A stretch of DNA of 32,000 nt, taken from assembly GCF_001457595.1 (NCBI RefSeq), contig NZ_LN831039.1:1740001-1772000 (forward strand). The letters are read 5' to 3'. Below, in pieces: positions 9,247-16,356 of the stretch; position 1 is the first letter of the stretch; each line of letters begins with the position of its first letter. Under the pieces are notes generated by a model that saw only the letters and a list, made by a program, of their open reading frames with translations, searched no databases and was not told where the DNA came from. This DNA is from Mycolicibacterium smegmatis. Lineage in GTDB: Bacteria > Actinomycetota > Actinomycetes > Mycobacteriales > Mycobacteriaceae. Made by a program: the position numbers and the translations under genes.

Positions 9247-10595
9247 GAAGCGATCTTGAGGTGCCGCGCCCCGTCGCCGGACGCGATACTCACCGGGGCG
9301 ACAGCCGGCGATCCCGTGCGCACCACCCCGATGGGCCCGGACCGCACGAATCGTGCGAATTTCATGTCGTGCAGAGTCACTCGCGCTTTGGCCTGGCGGT
9401 AGCCGATGCGCACCCCGGTCGCGCCGGCGGCGAGCAGACCGCTGAGTCCGGGCAGGGCCGAATAGAGCAGCGCCCATATCGACATGGCCACCAGAGCCGC
9501 GACGGCCTCCTCGGTGGGTGCCGGCAAGCCGAAGGGGCCGGGGCGTTGCGGGTTGGCGAGAACCGGCACGGTCGACTTCAGCATCGCGGACACCGGAGTC
9601 GCCGGGGTGACGTCGACGCTGCCGTGCGCCGACCGGACGCGGTTGGGTGTCGGCGACGGCGCATCCGGCATCGACGCGCGGTGCAACGTCTCCTTCAGGA
9701 GAACCACGATCGAGTCGGACGGGTGGAGTGCACTCGACGCGTGCCTGTTGCTGACACCCTGGCCCAACGACGACGGCGCGTCGAGTACGGAACGGAGCTC
9801 GGCCATCAGCTGGACGACCGCGTCGACCGCCTCGATGGCCGTCGTCGCGAGGACCTTCATGAGATGGGCGACCAGCTCGCGCAGGTTCGGCGGTGCGGTG
9901 ACCGCCGGCGCCGGCGCGGCCGGCGTCTGGGCAGGCACCGCAGGCGCGGCCGCGGCGGGCGCAGCCGGTGCGGTGGACGGGCCGGTTGATGCGGCCAACG
10001 TGGCACCTGCCTCGGCGCCGGTCGCCGGTTGCGTCCCGCTCGGCGTCGACGTCGAGGTGACGGTCTGTGCACTGACGGTCACCGCCTCGGCCGGAGCCGG
10101 GGCAGCGGGGGCCGGTGCCGTGGCGGTGGACGTCGCCGCGACGACGACGGCGGAATCCGCGTCGGTGGTCTTCGGCTTGGTGACCGAGGTGTTGGTCTGC
10201 GCGGAGACGGTGGTGACGGGCCGGTCGTCGTCGGCAGTTCCACCCGAGGTGATCTTCACGGTCCGGCTGGTGTCGGACACCGTGGTGTCACTGGAGGGAG
10301 TGGTGGCCCCACCCGACGAACCCGATGTGCTCGGGCTGTTGTCGCCGGTCTTGTTGTTCGTGCCGCCGGAACCACCCGATGTGGTGCTCGTGGTGCTGCT
10401 CGACGTGACGGTGCCATCCTCGGAGGCCGTGATGCTGGTACCCGAAATGGTGCTGCTGGGACCCGTGCTGGAAGTGGTGTCCGATGCCGAGACGCTGTCG
10501 GTTTCGGCCGCGGCGATTCCAGGGCTGGTGCAGACAAGCACCAGGCCGGCGGAGAGGAGACACGCACCCGCCGTCAGTTGAATACCGGTAACAAT
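9243..10595 (-). CDS. Ser/Thr- then Ala/Pro-rich exported protein with C-terminal membrane anchor (start codon uncertain)
   Basis: In order: a signal-like N-terminus (IQLTAGACLLSAGLVLVCTSPGIAAA then ETD), about 110 aa of S/T/G-rich low complexity, an A/P/T-rich tract, a helical segment, a TM helix (AVAALVAMSIWALLYSALPGLSGLLAAGATGV) and a basic tail. There is no in-frame ATG/GTG/TTG upstream of the signal region. GAGGAG (10603-10608, minus strand) lies 7 nt before an in-frame ATT at 10595. The track ORF extends to 11012, which is inside the IS. Confidence 0.55.
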   Translation of the reverse strand: MVTGIQLTAGACLLSAGLVLVCTSPGIAAAETDSVSASDTTSSTGPSSTISGTSITASEDGTVTSSSTTSTTSGGSGGTNNKTGDNSPSTSGSSGGATTPSSDTTVSDTSRTVKITSGGTADDDRPVTTVSAQTNTSVTKPKTTDADSAVVVAATSTATAPAPAAPAPAEAVTVSAQTVTSTSTPSGTQPATGAEAGATLAASTGPSTAPAAPAAAAPAVPAQTPAAPAPAVTAPPNLRELVAHLMKVLATTAIEAVDAVVQLMAELRSVLDAPSSLGQGVSNRHASSALHPSDSIVVLLKETLHRASMPDAPSPTPNRVRSAHGSVDVTPATPVSAMLKSTVPVLANPQRPGPFGLPAPTEEAVAALVAMSIWALLYSALPGLSGLLAAGATGVRIGYRQAKARVTLHDMKFARFVRSGPIGVVRTGSPAVAPVSIASGDGARHLKIAS

Positions 10596-10630
10596 CGGGA
10601 GACTCCTCGCAGTAACGCCGTGATACTTAG

Positions 10631-12288
10631 CCTGAATCCGTGGAGCGGCCCTCCTTGAGGTGTCCGTGTGTGGTTTCTGCTGCGTTCGGTGTTGCGGGCA
10701 TGCGGTAGTTGCTGGTCTGCCCAGCTTTTCCTGTGTGCTCCGGTTGGGCCTGTTCGGCGCGTTGGTCAGGTCGTTGCCGGTAGCGGTGGGCTGTATCCGA
10801 TGGTGTTGCGCCACAACGTGAGCCAGTGCTCTGTCCAGGGCCAGTGCTCGGGGAGGTGCAGGATCGGTCGACGCTGGGGTCGGGCCAGACGGGCGGGAAT
10901 GTTGACGATCTTGCGGCGCAGCGTCGCGCCGCGGGCAACCACGTGGGCACCTCCTGCGAGCACGCCGGCGGCGCGCAGCAGGTTGTGCGCGATCGCCGCG
11001 CACAACACCCACGCACTGTTGGCACCGAACTGTCCTGAGGGCATGTGGGCCAGGGGTCCGTCGATCAGATCGGCGAAGACGGTTTCGATGATCGCGTGCT
11101 GGCGGTGGGTGATGTCAGCCTCGGCGGTCGGCAAGTCTGTGTTGGTGAAGAACGGGTGATACCGCCACACCGGGAACAGCGCGTCCCGAAATCTCGCGTC
11201 TTTGACTCGCCGCACCACCAACCGCGCGGTGAACCGATCTTTGGTAGAGGCGAAGGCGGTGTAGCTGACCTCGGCGACCTCGGCATCAGAAATCCAGTCA
11301 CCGGTGTCGGGATCACGCACTGCACCGGGATAGTTGACCGGCTCCCAGGCCTGCTCGTCGATCGAACTGATGGCCCGATCAACCGCGGTATTGCGGGTCA
11401 TCACCACCGAGAAGTGCGCATTGTGGGCTCGGCAGGCGCCCACCACCGACCGGGTGCCGTAGGACGAATCGCCACGCACCAGCAGTTGCCCGCGCACGCC
11501 GGCGGCGCGGGCGGTGGCGATGGCTTGGGCGACCATGCGGCCCGCACCCTTCCCGGAACTGGTCTTACCGGCGCGCAGCCGCATCCCGGCGATCACCGGC
11601 GCCGCTCCGGGGGTGCTGATCGTCGTCGCCAACGGGGAGAGCCCTTTACGCAGAACCTGCTTACCAGCGATCTTGGTATGCCCGTAGGAGGCACCCTGTT
11701 TGGCGTGGCCATAGACCGGGCGCAGCAGTGAGTCGATGTCGATGAACGCCCCCGTGTCGGATCCGGGCAGCAGGTCCACCCGCGCACAGAGTGCGGCCAG
11801 ATGATGACGCAGGACCGACTCCAACTGCCGGGCGTGTCCGAAGGTGAACTCCCGCAACAGTGTTCCGATCGTCGATGGTGCATAGACCCCATCGAAGAGC
11901 GTCTTCATCCCGCCGCCACGCACGAGGTCGAGGTCATCAATGCTGTCGGCGCCGGCGCACATTCCGGCGACCACGGTGAGCAGCTTCGGCGACGGGTTGG
12001 CCGACCCGGACTTGATCCGTGGTTCGCTGATACGAACCTTGTCGGCCAGCAACTGTGACAGCCCGGTCTGGGTGGCCAGCGTCATTACCGGCACCAGACC
12101 GGCGCACGACACGAGATGGGCATCATCGAAGACCGCCGACGACGCAGCGAACCTATGGGACACTTTCACCGGAAGTGCCTTTCGAAGTTGTGCCGATAAG
12201 TGCCTAGAGAACACTCATCATCACAGCTCAGAAGGCACTTTCCTCGTCACGACACCCTGCGACCAGCCAATTCATCGGTGGATCGAGG
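10631..12288 (-). mobile_element. IS1380-family insertion sequence, apparently intact
   Basis: Single 482-aa DDE transposase ORF. Imperfect terminal inverted repeats begin with CC: CCTGAATCC at 10631 and CCTCGATCC on the complement of 12288. The 5-bp direct repeat CTTAG flanks the element at 10626-10630 and 12289-12293. CC ends and a 4-5 bp target duplication match what I recall for the IS1380 family. Confidence 0.6.
10766..12214 (-). CDS. IS1380-family DDE transposase
   Basis: 482 aa. The N-terminal region ...FDDAHLVSCAGLVPVMTLATQTGLSQLLADKV...LLTVVAGMCAGADSIDDLDLVRGGGMKTLFDGVYAPSTIGTLLREFTFGHARQL is characteristic of IS1380-type (DDE_Tnp_1-like) transposases. No frameshift or internal stop. 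Confidence 0.9.
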   Translation of the reverse strand: MFSRHLSAQLRKALPVKVSHRFAASSAVFDDAHLVSCAGLVPVMTLATQTGLSQLLADKVRISEPRIKSGSANPSPKLLTVVAGMCAGADSIDDLDLVRGGGMKTLFDGVYAPSTIGTLLREFTFGHARQLESVLRHHLAALCARVDLLPGSDTGAFIDIDSLLRPVYGHAKQGASYGHTKIAGKQVLRKGLSPLATTISTPGAAPVIAGMRLRAGKTSSGKGAGRMVAQAIATARAAGVRGQLLVRGDSSYGTRSVVGACRAHNAHFSVVMTRNTAVDRAISSIDEQAWEPVNYPGAVRDPDTGDWISDAEVAEVSYTAFASTKDRFTARLVVRRVKDARFRDALFPVWRYHPFFTNTDLPTAEADITHRQHAIIETVFADLIDGPLAHMPSGQFGANSAWVLCAAIAHNLLRAAGVLAGGAHVVARGATLRRKIVNIPARLARPQRRPILHLPEHWPWTEHWLTLWRNTIGYSPPLPATT

Positions 12289-12339
12289 CTTAGCCGCTGA
12301 CAGCGAAGATCAATGTGATGTAGCTAACAGCAGGGCTAA

Positions 12340-12368
12340 ATTGTGCAGGTGGGTGGGGTTTATGTCAA
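12340..12368 (-). promoter_or_regulatory. candidate SigA-type promoter reading toward the IS and the exported-protein operon
   Basis: On the minus strand: TTGACA (12368-12363), exactly 17 nt, then CACAAT (12345-12340). It sits in a lower-GC non-coding stretch about 45 bp outside the IS right end. Confidence 0.35.
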
Positions 12369-12703
12369 TCCGGCAAAGGGGTCGTTCTTGCGGGCGCGAA
12401 TATTGCGGTTGCCCGTATGGGAGTTGATCTTTCGAACACGCTGCACAACGAACTCCTGGCGCCGAGCGGGCCGCCGGGAAAAGGCTGAAAACGGCTACAT
12501 GAGATCACGCTATCGCGTATTAAAAAACGGCTCCGACGCACCCTGCCGAGGTGTTTCGTTTGTTGAATGGATCGAGTCTGGCAGGGGGCGTGGGACCGAT
12601 ACGGGGCCGGATATTCGTGGGCATGCCGGCGCCGGCGTTCGCGCTCGTACCCGTGCTGGTCTTCGGTCTCGACCGCGTGGGGTGAGTCGGGCAGGATGCT
12701 GCC

Positions 12704-13507
12704 ATGGTGCGTAAGCAGTTCGAACGGGACTGGCCCGGAGATCCGCATGCGGCGTGGCGCGAGGCCGCGAACGCCACCATGACCTGCCGAACCCATTCGC
12801 TGCCACGTCCGGCGCTGCCGGATTGGCGGGATTTCGACGTCTTCACGCGCCAGGTCTCGGTGCCACCCACGACACCGTCGCCGCTCGGCACGGTCGGCGT
12901 CGGGCTGTTCTTCGTCCTCTGCGCCTGGCTGAAGGACTTCCGCGGCTTCTTCGGGATCGGCTTCGCGGTGCTTGCTGCGCTGCTGGTGATCGCTGGGCTC
13001 TGCTTCCTGTGGTACGAGCGTCCCCGTCAGCAGCAGCGGCGCGTATGCCGCGTCTACGGCCGCTGCCTCGCACACGGTGTCGGCGGACACGCGTACCGAA
13101 CCTCGTTCGCATACATCTGGGGCGAGAATTCGAGCACCGAGACGACCACGTCCCTGCTGATCGACGAGCGCTTGCCCGACGACGCGGCCGCGCAGTTGCA
13201 GCACGCGGTGCGGATCTGGCTGGCACGCGTGCTCGCCGATCCCCACATGAAGTCGCAAGCCGCCGACGCTTACGAAAACCGCTTCGTCGTACCCGTATCC
13301 GAGATCTTCGGACCCGAGGCGACAGGCGCGTGGCTGATCAGGGATCAAGAGGAGGACGACACGCCGTGGCGACTGCTGATCGATCGGCCGAACGGGGTGC
13401 GTGAGTACCTGTTCGACGAGATCCTCGTCGTCCGCGGACGGCAGGGGCGCCTGTATCTCGACGAGCCACGGCATGATGAGATCGGTGACCGCATGCCTCA
13501 TTTCTGA
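12704..13507 (+). CDS. hypothetical membrane protein (2 predicted TM helices plus a soluble C-terminal domain)
   Basis: 267-aa ORF with strong GC3 bias. Two adjacent hydrophobic helices: LGTVGVGLFFVLCAWL and FFGIGFAVLAALLVIAGLCFLWY. I recognise no family. The internal ATG at 12779 is an alternative start. Confidence 0.6.
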   Translation: MVRKQFERDWPGDPHAAWREAANATMTCRTHSLPRPALPDWRDFDVFTRQVSVPPTTPSPLGTVGVGLFFVLCAWLKDFRGFFGIGFAVLAALLVIAGLCFLWYERPRQQQRRVCRVYGRCLAHGVGGHAYRTSFAYIWGENSSTETTTSLLIDERLPDDAAAQLQHAVRIWLARVLADPHMKSQAADAYENRFVVPVSEIFGPEATGAWLIRDQEEDDTPWRLLIDRPNGVREYLFDEILVVRGRQGRLYLDEPRHDEIGDRMPHF

Positions 13508-13549
13508 ACAGCGCCAGGCACGCATGAGTTCGAACAGGCGAGGTGGACG

Positions 13550-14347
13550 ATGAGCGAACCGCTGTTGCTGCAGGACCGCGACGAACGCGGCGTGGTCACG
13601 CTGACCTTGAACCGGCCGCAGGCGTTCAACGCGCTTTCCGAGGCGATGCTCGCGGCGCTGGGTGAGGCGTTCGGCACGCTCGCCGAGGATGAGTCGGTGC
13701 GCGCCGTGGTGCTTGCGGCGTCCGGAAAGGCGTTCTGCGCCGGGCACGATCTGAAAGAGATGCGCGCCGAGCCCTCGCGTGAGTACTACGAGAAGCTGTT
13801 CGCACGGTGCACCGACGTCATGCTCGCGATCCAGCGCCTTCCGGCGCCGGTGATCGCACGTGTGCACGGCATCGCGACCGCTGCCGGCTGCCAGCTCGTC
13901 GCGATGTGTGATCTCGCGGTGGCCACCCGCGACGCGCGATTCGCCGTCAGCGGGATCAACGTCGGGCTCTTCTGCTCGACCCCGGGAGTGGCGCTGTCGC
14001 GCAACGTCGGCCGCAAAGCCGCGTTCGAGATGCTGGTGACCGGCGAATTCGTCTCGGCGGACGACGCGAAGGGTCTCGGCCTGGTCAACCGCGTCGTCGC
14101 GCCGAAGGCGCTCGACGACGAGATCGAGGCGATGGTCAGCAAGATCGTGGCCAAGCCCCGCGCCGCCGTCGCGATGGGCAAGGCGCTGTTCTACCGCCAG
14201 ATCGAGACCGACATCGAGTCGGCCTACGCCGATGCGGGCACCACGATGGCGTGCAACATGATGGACCCCAGTGCGCTGGAAGGCGTTTCGGCCTTCCTCG
14301 AGAAGCGCCGCCCCGAATGGCACACCCCGCAGCCCTCAACGGCGTAG
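13550..14347 (+). CDS. enoyl-CoA hydratase/isomerase (crotonase) family protein
   Basis: 265 aa. Has VVTLTLNRPQAFNALS, the oxyanion-hole region SGKAFCAGHDLKEM and a second-turn GxATAAGCQL motif. Confidence 0.9.
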   Translation: MSEPLLLQDRDERGVVTLTLNRPQAFNALSEAMLAALGEAFGTLAEDESVRAVVLAASGKAFCAGHDLKEMRAEPSREYYEKLFARCTDVMLAIQRLPAPVIARVHGIATAAGCQLVAMCDLAVATRDARFAVSGINVGLFCSTPGVALSRNVGRKAAFEMLVTGEFVSADDAKGLGLVNRVVAPKALDDEIEAMVSKIVAKPRAAVAMGKALFYRQIETDIESAYADAGTTMACNMMDPSALEGVSAFLEKRRPEWHTPQPSTA

Positions 14348-14409
14348 GCGCGGACTCAACGCGCCGCGTGCGCAGAACAGCGTGCCCACCGTGCTGGTGC
14401 ACGAGAGCC

Positions 14410-14453
14410 GTTGCAGCACACCACTTTGCAACAGTGGAACCGGTAGCCGGTTC
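14410..14453. terminator. two short hairpins between the convergent crotonase and SDR genes (possible U-tract-less terminators)
   Basis: GTTGCA (14410-14415) / TGCAAC (14427-14432), and GAACCGG (14437-14443) / CCGGTTC (14447-14453). No T-run follows either one. Confidence 0.3.
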
Positions 14454-14544
14454 ATCGGTGCGCCCTCGTGCATCCGGCCGGCCCACGTCGCGCACAGCAC
14501 CAGACCGCCGAGTCGCTACGCGACGGCGGCGAACATCCGGACGC

Positions 14545-15276
14545 TCACGGCTTGAAGTCGCTCAGCGCTTGGACCGCGACGGCGTGGAGTTCCTCGTACG
14601 GTTCGGACAGCAGGGACTTGGCCAGGCGCGAGTCGTCGTCGGCGAGCACCTCGAACGCGCCGGAGAGCACGCCGTCGAGGGACTGTTCGACAACGCTTTC
14701 GGCAGAGACCTTGGGCATGTCCCACCGGGCTGACATGGCTGTGTCGACCATGCCGACCACCACAGCCGTCACCGTGGTGCCTTGCGCCGTGAGCTCGGCG
14801 CGCATGGCGTTGGTGGCCGACCATGCGGCGGCTTTCGACGCCGCATATGCCGTCGGCACCGGGATCCAGATCGCGGCGGACAGGACGTTGAGGAAGGCGC
14901 CGCCGCCGTTGCCGGCGAGGAGGGGCGCGAACGCGCGCGCGACACGGAGCGTGCCGAAGAAGTTGGTCTCGAAGACGCGGCGGGTGATCTCGTCGTCCTG
15001 GGTGAGCACCGACCTGTCGTCTTCCGGTGCGATGGCGGCGTTGTTGATCACCAGGTCGACATCCCGCGCGGCGGCCGCGGCCGCGGTGATCGACTGCGGA
15101 TCGGTGAGGTCGAGCGTGAGCGGCGCCACGCGCGCGTCTTCCCACGGGTGGGGCCGCCGGGCGGTCGCGTAGACCCGCGCCGCACCGCGCGCGAGCGCCT
15201 GTCGGACGAATTCCTCGCCGAGACCGCCGTTCGCGCCGGTGATGAGTACTTTTCTGCCGTCGAGCCGTTGAGTCAT
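14545..15276 (-). CDS. short-chain dehydrogenase/reductase (SDR) family oxidoreductase
   Basis: 243 aa. Cofactor motif ITGANGGLGEEF, NNAA motif (INNAAIA) and catalytic YAASKAA (YxxxK). Confidence 0.9.
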   Translation of the reverse strand: MTQRLDGRKVLITGANGGLGEEFVRQALARGAARVYATARRPHPWEDARVAPLTLDLTDPQSITAAAAAARDVDLVINNAAIAPEDDRSVLTQDDEITRRVFETNFFGTLRVARAFAPLLAGNGGGAFLNVLSAAIWIPVPTAYAASKAAAWSATNAMRAELTAQGTTVTAVVVGMVDTAMSARWDMPKVSAESVVEQSLDGVLSGAFEVLADDDSRLAKSLLSEPYEELHAVAVQALSDFKP

Positions 15277-15303
15277 GGCGTGTTCCGTCCCGGATTAGAG
15301 TAA

Positions 15304-15348
15304 GTGGGGACGATCCCCACGTAAGTAGTTATGTGGGGAGACTCCCCA
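15304..15348. promoter_or_regulatory. pair of palindromic operator candidates in the SDR/TetR divergent intergenic region
   Basis: GTGGGGA-CGA-TCCCCAC (15304-15320) and TGGGGAG-A-CTCCCCA (15334-15348). Both are perfect inverted repeats sharing a TGGGGA/TCCCCA core, with centres 29 bp apart. Confidence 0.5.
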
Positions 15349-15372
15349 TTTATTCCTGAGGAGACGAAACTG

Positions 15373-15942
15373 GTGACCGAGACGCCCGTCCGTCGACGTC
15401 GCGCCGACGCGCAGCGCAATCGCGACGCGATACTGCGCGCGGCGAGGGAGGCCTTCGAGACCGACGGGATCTTCGCGCCGCTGGACAGCATCGCGACCGC
15501 GGCGGGGGTGGGTAACGCGACGCTGTACCGGAATTTCCCGACCCGCGACGACCTGCTCAGGGCGGTCCTGGAGGACGGGGTCGCGGAAATGGTCGCCGAA
15601 TCGGAGGCCTATGAGCGGCACTCTGACGCCGAAGAAGCGTTGCGCGACTGGCTGTTTCGGGTCACGTGGGCGCTGCGCATCTGGCACGACCTGCCGAACT
15701 GCATCGCCACCGCGCACGACGACGCCGGGTCGCCGGTGCGCCCGGTCACCGACCGGTTGGCCGACCGCACGGCCCAGCTTCTCGACAACTACCGCGCCGG
15801 CAAGGGCCCCTCACCGGTCACGGCCGAGGAATTGTTCCAACTCGTGACGGCGGTGTCCTGGGCCGTCGACCGGTTCGGTGACGATCAGGACCGCGCCCGT
15901 AGAAGGCTGGAGTTCGCGACTGCCGGCCTTTTCGATTCTTGA
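15373..15942 (+). CDS. TetR/AcrR family transcriptional regulator
   Basis: From the GTG at 15373, which lies 9 nt after GAGGAG, the product reads VTETPVRRRRADAQRNRDAILRAAREAFETDGIFAPLDSIATAAGVGNATLYRNFPTRDDLL. This is the canonical TetR N-terminal HTH. Divergent from the SDR gene. Confidence 0.85.
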   Translation: MTETPVRRRRADAQRNRDAILRAAREAFETDGIFAPLDSIATAAGVGNATLYRNFPTRDDLLRAVLEDGVAEMVAESEAYERHSDAEEALRDWLFRVTWALRIWHDLPNCIATAHDDAGSPVRPVTDRLADRTAQLLDNYRAGKGPSPVTAEELFQLVTAVSWAVDRFGDDQDRARRRLEFATAGLFDS

Positions 15943-16024
15943 AACGCCGACCGTGGGCGCTGTGCACGCTTTTCAGCGCATTCGTGTGCACAGGACCCAC
16001 GGTGGCCGGAAGAAGAAGTGACAA

Positions 16025-16047
16025 AGACCCCTATTTGATAGGGGTCT
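16025..16047. terminator. hairpin terminator shared by the convergent TetR and whiB3 genes
   Basis: Perfect 9-bp stem AGACCCCTA / TAGGGGTCT with loop TTTGA. On the minus strand it is followed by TTGTCACTTCTTCTT and lies about 20 nt after the whiB3 stop. Confidence 0.6.
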
Positions 16048-16065
16048 CTGTGCGTTTGCTGTGGG

Positions 16066-16356
16066 CTAGGCGCTGCGGCGAATTCCGCGCTTGAGCAGAA
16101 GCTCACGCTCGGATTCGCTGAGACCGCCCCAAATGCCGTACGGCTCGCCCACCGCCAGCGCGTGCGAGCGGCACTGCGCGATCACCGGGCAACTGCGACA
16201 CATTTCCTTCGCACGCATCTCACGCTGGGCCCGTGCACGTCCACGCTCGCCGTCCGGGTGGAAGAACATCGACGAGTCGACGCCACGGCAAAGTCCTCGC
16301 ATCTGCCAATCCCAGATGTCCGCATTCGGACCGGGTAGTTGCTGCGGCTGCGGCAT
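16066..16356 (-). CDS. whiB3: WhiB-family redox-sensing Fe-S transcription factor WhiB3
   Basis: 96 aa: MPQPQQLPGPNADIWDWQMRGLCRGVDSSMFFHPDGERGRARAQREMRAKEMCRSCPVIAQCRSHALAVGEPYGIWGGLSE. Four Cys and the GIWGG turn. Near-identical to M. tuberculosis WhiB3 as I recall it, and in the conserved position next to groEL1. Confidence 0.95.
   Translation of the reverse strand: MPQPQQLPGPNADIWDWQMRGLCRGVDSSMFFHPDGERGRARAQREMRAKEMCRSCPVIAQCRSHALAVGEPYGIWGGLSESERELLLKRGIRRSA

Noticed and set aside
8263-9477. 404-aa version of the secreted alpha/beta hydrolase.
   Set aside because: The first 77 residues are Arg-rich and overlap the upstream gene. The TTG at 9246 gives a proper signal peptide and a TTGA coupling junction.
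9900-10520. Repetitive-looking DNA in the S/T/A/P-rich gene (and similarly 18880-19300 in rsdA) as a tandem repeat or CRISPR-like array.
   Set aside because: It is compositionally biased coding sequence with only short imperfect reiterations, such as ACCCGATGTG(GT)GCTCG. There are no regularly spaced identical repeats with unique spacers.
10583-10590. TACCGGTA palindrome near the 5' end of the exported-protein gene as a further copy of the TTACCGG operator half-site.
   Set aside because: Only 8 bp with overlapping half-sites. It is expected by chance many times in a genome of this composition.
10596-11012. Upstream extension of the S/T/A/P-rich protein ORF to 589 aa.
   Set aside because: The extension runs into the IS terminus and overlaps the transposase 3' end in another frame. 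It encodes Arg/Pro-rich sequence. It is an artefact of the insertion, although a chimeric start cannot be strictly excluded (see findings).
12417-12488. 23-codon ORF MGVDLSNTLHNELLAPSGPPGKG in the AT-rich region beside the IS.
   Set aside because: No ribosome-binding site, no distinctive composition, and it lies within a probable promoter region. There is not enough support for a call.
12505-12560. A6/T6 run (TATTAAAAAACGG) as a possible intrinsic terminator on the minus strand.
   Set aside because: I could not find a convincing stem of more than 4 bp immediately adjacent to the T-run on either strand.
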